Shown: positions 58,308-64,000 of the stretch, piece after piece
Position numbering within the stretch: the first letter of the stretch is position 1
Layout: each line of letters opens with the position of its first letter
Notes under the pieces: generated by a model
Seen by the model: only the letters and a program-made list of their open reading frames with translations
What the model was told of the DNA's origin: nothing
Databases searched by the model: none
Origin: Vicinamibacteria bacterium
GTDB taxonomy: Bacteria > Acidobacteriota > Vicinamibacteria > Marinacidobacterales > Marinacidobacteraceae
Direction of reading: 5' to 3'
DNA length: 64,000 nt
Assembly: GCA_965199715.1 (NCBI GenBank)
Contig: OZ241322.1
Location: forward strand, 1,376,001 to 1,440,000
Program-made: the position numbers and the translations under genes

Positions 58308-59465
58308 GTGCACCGGCGCGGACTTCTGAAGGCGGGCGGGGCGGGCCTCGTCGGCGCCGCGCTCGGCGGCTGCTCGGCGCGTCCCGCGCCCGACCTCCCG
58401 AGGCCGTCGCTGCGGCTGCCGCCCGCGCTCGTCTCGGAGGACCGGATCATCCGCACCACGGTGGGCCTCAGGCCGCACCGCCCGTCGGGCTTCATGGTCC
58501 GGGCCGACCGGCTCGACGCGAAGACCGTGATCCACAACTACGGGCACGGCGGCGCCGGGATCTCGCTCTCGTGGGGAACCGGACGGATGGCGGCGGAGCT
58601 CGCGCTGGATCACCAGGACCGGCGGGCGGCCGTGATCGGCTGCGGCGCGGTCGGCCTCGCGACCGCCCGTCAGCTTCAGCGGCGCGGGTTCGAGACGACG
58701 ATCTACGCGATGTCGGTCCCGCCCGACACGACGTCCAACATGGCGTGGGCGGGGTTCACTCCGGCCGCGTGGGCGGTGGAGCACCGCGCCCGCACTCCCG
58801 AGTGGGATCGGCGGTTCCGCGAGGCCGCCGAGACTTCGTTCCGCGAGTTCCAGTGGCTGAACGGGCGCGGCTACGGGATCAGTTGGATCGACCGGTATTC
58901 GTTGACCGACCGGGAACCCCGGTCCGTTGGCCCGCGGCCCGGGGGCCGCCAGCCGCTGGTTCCGGAGCGCCTCTCGCCCGGGCGCGTCGTCCTCGGACCC
59001 GGCGAGCACCCGTTCCCGACCCGGTTCGCGACCCGGCGGAGCACGATCCGGGTGGAGCCGGCGATCTACCTCGACGCCCTCGTCCAGGACTTCCGGGACC
59101 GGGGCGGCCGCATCCGCATCCGCAAGTTCGAGGATCTGCGGGACGTCGCGGCGCTCGACGAGTCGCTCGTCATGAACAGCAGCGGCCTCGGCGCGCGCGC
59201 GCTTTTCGGCGACGAGGCGCTGATCCCGCTGCGGGGCCAGCTCGCAGTGCTCGTGCCGCAGGCGGAGGTGAACTACTCGCTCGCCGCGCCGACGATCGAG
59301 CCGCCGCCGGGGGTGACCGGGCTCGGGATGATGCCCCGGCGCGACGGAATCGCGCTCGGGGGCACGATGGAGCGCGGCGAGTGGTCGCTCGAGCCCAACG
59401 CCGAGGCGCGGGACCACGTCGTCAGCGGCTTCCGGCGGGTGTTCGCCCGCATGGCCGCCGTCTGA
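58308..59465 (+). CDS. Tat lipoprotein, D-amino-acid oxidase family FAD oxidoreductase (permuted)
   Basis: RRGLL...GGC signal; VGLRP, HNYGHGGAGISLSWG, VIGCGAVG, TTS, NSSGLGA, PLRGQ. Confidence 0.87.
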   Translation: MHRRGLLKAGGAGLVGAALGGCSARPAPDLPRPSLRLPPALVSEDRIIRTTVGLRPHRPSGFMVRADRLDAKTVIHNYGHGGAGISLSWGTGRMAAELALDHQDRRAAVIGCGAVGLATARQLQRRGFETTIYAMSVPPDTTSNMAWAGFTPAAWAVEHRARTPEWDRRFREAAETSFREFQWLNGRGYGISWIDRYSLTDREPRSVGPRPGGRQPLVPERLSPGRVVLGPGEHPFPTRFATRRSTIRVEPAIYLDALVQDFRDRGGRIRIRKFEDLRDVAALDESLVMNSSGLGARALFGDEALIPLRGQLAVLVPQAEVNYSLAAPTIEPPPGVTGLGMMPRRDGIALGGTMERGEWSLEPNAEARDHVVSGFRRVFARMAAV

Positions 59466-59466
59466 A

Positions 59467-60168
59467 CTATTCGGCGACCCGCGTGAGCGTGAGGATCTGG
59501 ACGATCGCCGGAGGTACGAAGTACGGCGGGACATCGAGCAGCGAGATGGGTTCGCGCGGCTCGGTGTCCGGGTCCATTCCCTTGCGGAACTCGGTTCCCT
59601 CGCGGGTTCCGGCGTCGTAGGCGATCAGCTCGGCCATCGTCTCCTCGACCCAGTTCCCGGTCTCGTCCACGAAGCAGAGCGAGGCGGCACCGAAGAACCA
59701 GTCGGGGCTGGGGGAGAACATCTGGGCGTAGGTCACGCACGGCCGGTCGATGTGCAGCTCGGTGGTCGCGCCCCCGGTCAGCACGAAGGCGAGGAGATCG
59801 TCCTGGTGATCGAACAGGACCTCGGCCCCCATGGCCTCGGCCTCGGCGAGAAACACCGACGAGTCGCCGGCCTCGGCGAGCCGCTTCAGGCCGTCGCTCG
59901 CGATCGCGCCCTCGGCGAAGAGCTCGAGGTCGGCGGAGTGCGCCACCATGGCGAGCGGGGGCGCGGTGCCCACGCCGTCGGGCAGCGAGCCCGGGACGCG
60001 GGGGCTGATCCGGATCTCCGGCACTGCCCACGTGTACGACGCGGTCTCCGGCGGCGGCTCGGGTTCGGGCGCCGGCGCCGGCGCCGGCGCCGGGGCGGGA
60101 CTGGTTGAATCGCCGTCGTCGCAGGCGGCGAACGCGAGCAGGGAACCCATCAGGAGGAAGCGCTTCAT
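59467..60168 (-). CDS. spondin_N domain lipoprotein
   Basis: Lipobox FAAC, Pro/Ala linker, ASDGLKRLAEAG, MFSPSPDWF, YDAGT. Confidence 0.82.
   Translation of the reverse strand: MKRFLLMGSLLAFAACDDGDSTSPAPAPAPAPAPEPEPPPETASYTWAVPEIRISPRVPGSLPDGVGTAPPLAMVAHSADLELFAEGAIASDGLKRLAEAGDSSVFLAEAEAMGAEVLFDHQDDLLAFVLTGGATTELHIDRPCVTYAQMFSPSPDWFFGAASLCFVDETGNWVEETMAELIAYDAGTREGTEFRKGMDPDTEPREPISLLDVPPYFVPPAIVQILTLTRVAE
60068..60091. repeat. (GGCGCC)x4 tandem repeat encoding a Pro-Ala linker
   Basis: Read directly from the sequence. Confidence 0.8.
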
Positions 60169-60179
60169 GGCCGCTGAGT

Positions 60180-60950
60180 CTAACCAAGGCGCCCCGTGAA
60201 ACTCCGCATCGCGGCGTGGATGCCGAAGAACCGCGCGATCGGGTCCAGCCAGGCGGCGGGAAGCAGCCGGAGCAGCTTGAGCGAGTGGACGAACCACGGC
60301 AGGACCACGACCGCCCGGTCGCGCTCGACGGCGCGGATCGCCGCCGCCGCGACGCGCTCGGGTTCGAGGATCGGAAGCAGCGACGGGAAGCGCGTGCGCA
60401 CTCCGGCGAACATCCCGGTGTTCACGAAGAACGGGCACACGAGCGTCGCGCCGACCCCGGACCCGCGCAGCTCGGCGCGGACGGACTCGTGGAACCCGAC
60501 GGCGCCGAACTTGGAGGCGCAGTAGTCCGACAGCGCCGGAACCCCGACGAGGCCGCCCGCCGAGGCCATCGTCACGAGACGCCCCGAGCCCCGACGGATC
60601 ATTCCCGGCAGGAAGGCGCGGGTCGTCCAGAACAGCGCCTCGAGGTTGACCCGGAACGTGCGGCGGACATCCTCGGGGGTCAGGTCGGCGAAGCGCTTGC
60701 CCGAGACCACGCCGGCGTTGTTCACGAGCACGTCCACCGGGGGCAGCCGGTCGCGGGCGGCGAGGACCGCGTCCGGATCGCCCACGTCCACGACATCGGT
60801 CGCGAACTCCTCGCCGAGCGCGGCGAGAGCGTCCCGATCCACGTCCCACACGGCGACCCGCGCGCCCCGCGCCGCCGCCATCCGGGCGATCAGGAGGCCC
60901 ATCCCCCGCGCCCCGCCGGTGACGAGGACCTGGCGTCCCCCGAGCCTCAT
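60180..60950 (-). CDS. short-chain dehydrogenase/reductase
   Basis: TGGARGMG, NNAG, YCASK. Confidence 0.92.
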   Translation of the reverse strand: MRLGGRQVLVTGGARGMGLLIARMAAARGARVAVWDVDRDALAALGEEFATDVVDVGDPDAVLAARDRLPPVDVLVNNAGVVSGKRFADLTPEDVRRTFRVNLEALFWTTRAFLPGMIRRGSGRLVTMASAGGLVGVPALSDYCASKFGAVGFHESVRAELRGSGVGATLVCPFFVNTGMFAGVRTRFPSLLPILEPERVAAAAIRAVERDRAVVVLPWFVHSLKLLRLLPAAWLDPIARFFGIHAAMRSFTGRLG

Positions 60951-62353
60951 GGGAAGTACGGCCTCAGCGCCGATTCCGGGGGCGGCGGGGTGAGCCGGCT
61001 CACGACGGCTCCGGCGAGAAGCGACGCGAGCACGCCGGGGACGACCGGATGGATCAGCTCCGACCCGAACGCCCGCCAGCCGAACACGACGACCACCCCC
61101 GCGATCATGGCGGCGACGGCGCCCTCCCGCGTCAGCCGCCGCCAGTACACGCCCACCACGACCGGGACGAAGAACGCGCTGGCCATGATCGCGGTGAACA
61201 GGAGCACGATGAACTGGACCAGCTCGCCCTCGCCCACTCCGCTCAGGATCAGCGCGAGCGGCGCGGTTCCGACCAGCAGGATGCCGATGCGGGCGGCGGC
61301 GAGCCGCGCCCGGGGCGACGCCTTCGGGCGCAACGCGCCGAGGATGTCGTGCGAGAGCGCCGAGCCGGCGACGAGCAGCAGCGAGTCCACGGTGGACATG
61401 ACCGCGGACGCGATGGCGGCGAGCAGGATCGCGCCGAGGATCGGCGGCAGCGCCGCGGACGCGATCAGCGGCATCGCGATGTCGCCGCTCGGCAGGCTCG
61501 GGAAGAGCCCCATCGAGGCCAGCGCGAGCAGGAACACGAGCAGGTTCACGCCGGTGGCCACCGCCATGGCGAGAAGCAGGCCGCGGCGGATCGAGCGCTG
61601 GTCGCGCATCGCGTACAGGCGCACCAGCTTCTCCGGGGTGGCGATCCCTCCGAGCAGGAACGAGATCCCCATGGTGAACAAGAGCAAACCCGGCAACTGC
61701 CCGAAGTCGAAGGCCTCCGGACGGAGAGCCTCGACCGCGGCGAAGACCCCGGCCGGGCCGTCGAGCAGGCGCCAGACCATGGGCACGGCGACGAGCGCGC
61801 CGACCACCATCACGACCAGCTGGACGAGATCGGTGTAGACGACGGCCACCATGCCGCCGACGGCGGTGTAGGCGAGCAGGATGACGGTGAATGCGGCCAT
61901 GCCCCACGCCGGGGGCGCCCCGAACACGGTCTCGGCGATGAGGCCGCCGGCGATGACCTGCGCCTGGATGTACACCGTGGTGGCGATGAGGATCACGACC
62001 GCGGCGAGCGCGCGGGCGCGGCGGCTGTAATAGCGGCGCTCGAGGAACGCGGGAAGGGTGAGTTCGCGCGTGCGGGCGAAGCGCGGCGCGAGCGCGCCGG
62101 CCATGAACCAGTAGCTGAGCGGGATGAAGAGGACGAGCCAGGCGAATTCCCAGCCGACCGAGTGGATCACGCCCACCGTGCCGATGTAGGTGCCGGCGCT
62201 CGCGTGGGTCGCGGCGAGGGTCGCGCCCCCGAGAAACCAGCCGAGCCTTCCGCCCGCGATCCAGTAGTCGCCCTCGGTCCGGGTGCGGCGGAGCGCGGTC
62301 CACCCGATCGCGAAGATCGCGGCGAGGTAGGCGCCGAAGACGACGGCGGTCAG
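60947..62353 (-). CDS. sodium:solute symporter (SSS/PutP-PanF family); probable CTG start
   Basis: DYWIAGGRLG...SAGTYIG, TLPAFLERRY, YTAVGGMVAVVYTD, SAVMSTVDS. Confidence 0.9.
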   Translation of the reverse strand: MTAVVFGAYLAAIFAIGWTALRRTRTEGDYWIAGGRLGWFLGGATLAATHASAGTYIGTVGVIHSVGWEFAWLVLFIPLSYWFMAGALAPRFARTRELTLPAFLERRYYSRRARALAAVVILIATTVYIQAQVIAGGLIAETVFGAPPAWGMAAFTVILLAYTAVGGMVAVVYTDLVQLVVMVVGALVAVPMVWRLLDGPAGVFAAVEALRPEAFDFGQLPGLLLFTMGISFLLGGIATPEKLVRLYAMRDQRSIRRGLLLAMAVATGVNLLVFLLALASMGLFPSLPSGDIAMPLIASAALPPILGAILLAAIASAVMSTVDSLLLVAGSALSHDILGALRPKASPRARLAAARIGILLVGTAPLALILSGVGEGELVQFIVLLFTAIMASAFFVPVVVGVYWRRLTREGAVAAMIAGVVVVFGWRAFGSELIHPVVPGVLASLLAGAVVSRLTPPPPESALRPYFP

Positions 62354-62445
62354 TCGGAGCGCTCCTGCCGCCGCATCCAGACCCAGTACGCGGCGAGCAT
62401 CGCGGCGAAGGCCGCGAACACGCCCCAGAACGAGAACCGGGTCAC
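62350..62445 (-). CDS. 31-aa single-TM peptide preceding the symporter
   Basis: MTRFSFWGVFAAFAAMLAAYWVWMRRQERSD; 4-nt overlaps at both ends. Confidence 0.6.
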   Translation of the reverse strand: MTRFSFWGVFAAFAAMLAAYWVWMRRQERSD

Positions 62446-62927
62446 GGGGAGCGGGTCGCCCGGAAGGCGCCGAACCCCGCGAGCGCGAGAAGCGCGGCCA
62501 GCGTGGCGAAATCGACGGCGCGGGCGAGCGTGAGCGCCGGCGCGTCGTCGGGGACCACCCGGAAGCGCAGGAACGACGGCGGGGCGGGCAGGTCGAGCCG
62601 CGTCGGGAACGGGTCCTCGACGCGGTAGCCCGCCGGGGCGTGGATCGAGCCGGCGAAATCGAGGTCCCCCGATTCGGGAAGGGGCACGGGAACCCGGAAC
62701 CAGCCGTCCGGGCCGGGCGCGACCTCGGTCTCGACCGCCCCGGCGGCGTCGGGGCGGACGGTCTCCAGTTCCCACGTCTCGCCGCGCGAAAGGGCCCGGT
62801 GCTCGGGGGCCGGCGAGCGGAAGACGGTCCGCGCCCGCCCGGCGTCGGGCGCGGTCAGGGTGACCGTGGTCTCGACGGCCGGCTGCGCTCCGGCGAGGGC
62901 GAGGACGAGCGGAAGCGCCCTCACCAT
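62442..62927 (-). CDS. hypothetical protein with signal peptide and C-terminal TM anchor
   Basis: MVRALPLVLALAGAQ...FATLAALLALAGFGAFR; overlaps the dipeptidase stop. Confidence 0.6.
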   Translation of the reverse strand: MVRALPLVLALAGAQPAVETTVTLTAPDAGRARTVFRSPAPEHRALSRGETWELETVRPDAAGAVETEVAPGPDGWFRVPVPLPESGDLDFAGSIHAPAGYRVEDPFPTRLDLPAPPSFLRFRVVPDDAPALTLARAVDFATLAALLALAGFGAFRATRSP

Positions 62928-64000
62928 GCTTCCCGCAGCACGCGCAGCGCGTTGCCGCCCATCACCTTCGCGATGTCGTCGTCGCCGTAGCCGCGCTTCA
63001 CCAGCCAGCGCAGGATGTTGCGCGATCCCTCGACCGGGTTCTCGATGCCGGCGACGTAGGGGACGCGCTCGAAGCCGCCGCCGCTCGCCTTCTTGATCGA
63101 CAGCGCCGAGGCGTAGACCCCGTGCAGCCCGACGTGGTCGCCGAACACGGTGTCGGGCCCGAAACCGACGTGGTCGATCCCGACCAGGTCGGCCACGTAC
63201 TCGAAGTGCTCCATGAAGGAGTCGAGGTTGTGCTTCGGATGGCGCTTCGTGAGGGTGGTGTGCGGCGCCGCCTCGATCCCGATGATCCCGCCGCGCTCGG
63301 CGCAGGCGCGCAGCACGTCGTCCGGGGCCATCCGGCGGGTGTTCCACAGCGACCGCGCGCCGATGTGGGTGTTGGAGACCGGCTTGTCGCTCGCCTCGAT
63401 CACGTCGAGCGTGGTCCGGTCGCCGCAGTGCGCGGTGTCGATGAGCATCCCGACCTGGTTCATCCGGCGCACGACCTCGCGCCCGAACATGGTGAGCCCG
63501 CCGTCGTTCTCCTCCTTGAGACCGCTGCCGAGCGCGTTCGACTCGCTGTAGGTGATCCCCATCTCGCGCACGCCGAAGCCGTAGAGCACTTCGACCCGGT
63601 CGAGCTCGTTCTCGACCGGCGACGCGCCCTCGATGGCCGCCACCCACGCCAGCTTGCCCTCGGCGTGGGCGCGGAGGACGTCCTCGACCGTCTTGCAGTG
63701 GATCAGGAAGTCCTGGTGGGCGATGTCGGCGAGACGCATGCCGAGGTCGTGGAGCACCTCGTTCCACTTCCAGCCGCGCTGCGACTGGATCCGGCAGATC
63801 CCGTCGAGCAGGTTGTCGAAGACGCAGTCCCAGTCGCTCTCGGCCAGCGCGGCGAAGGGAGTGAAGACCCGCCCGTCGCGGACGTAGTCGGGCGTGTCGG
63901 CGATGGACCGGGGGAAGGAGCCCAGGTGCTCGTGGAGCGAGATCAGCACCAGCTCGGCGGCGAGCCGCTCCGCACGCTCCTCCTCGGACGCCGAGAGCGG
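62921..64000 (-). CDS. membrane dipeptidase family M19 (5' end outside the window)
   Basis: SLHEH, IEGA, GLTMFGREVVRRMNQVGMLIDTAH, NTHIGAR, GIDHVGFGPD, KVMGGNALR. Confidence 0.9.
   Translation of the reverse strand, partial: PLSASEEERAERLAAELVLISLHEHLGSFPRSIADTPDYVRDGRVFTPFAALAESDWDCVFDNLLDGICRIQSQRGWKWNEVLHDLGMRLADIAHQDFLIHCKTVEDVLRAHAEGKLAWVAAIEGASPVENELDRVEVLYGFGVREMGITYSESNALGSGLKEENDGGLTMFGREVVRRMNQVGMLIDTAHCGDRTTLDVIEASDKPVSNTHIGARSLWNTRRMAPDDVLRACAERGGIIGIEAAPHTTLTKRHPKHNLDSFMEHFEYVADLVGIDHVGFGPDTVFGDHVGLHGVYASALSIKKASGGGFERVPYVAGIENPVEGSRNILRWLVKRGYGDDDIAKVMGGNALRVLREAW

Overview
A gene-dense, very GC-rich bacterial chromosomal window. The gene content (Oar-type TonB receptor, mfd next to a SurA-like gene, many PQQ/M28/Tat proteins, Na+-NQR, a spondin lipoprotein) suggests a marine, possibly host-associated, Acidobacteriota-like organism; this assignment is inference. 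Main blocks in order: GGT/aminotransferase/beta-propeller genes; TIGR00725-mfd-PPIase; a complete nqrABCDEF-apbE-nqrM operon; a decayed patch (TonB receptor pseudogene, intact NYN nuclease, frameshifted DUF4268-like gene); a TolC-MFP-RND pump; a Kef antiporter; a thioredoxin-ABC-ABC-hotdog-PQQ operon; an orphan CoxL-like molybdoprotein; a divergent quinohemoprotein amine dehydrogenase cluster (qhpA-D-C-B-F-E, no qhpG) whose gamma peptide has an extra Cys; tRNA-Arg/tRNA-Lys/thiI; an uncharacterised membrane coiled-coil + vWA-like lipoprotein pair facing a dprA-like pseudogene; a circularly permuted Tat-exported D-amino-acid oxidase; and a dipeptidase/symporter operon. Two window-wide expression signals stand out: three genes that apparently must start at CTG within CTGA stop/start overlaps, and many genes with a TAnnnT box 6-9 nt before the start codon (leaderless-type). 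All family assignments come from motif recognition by eye; no database search was run.
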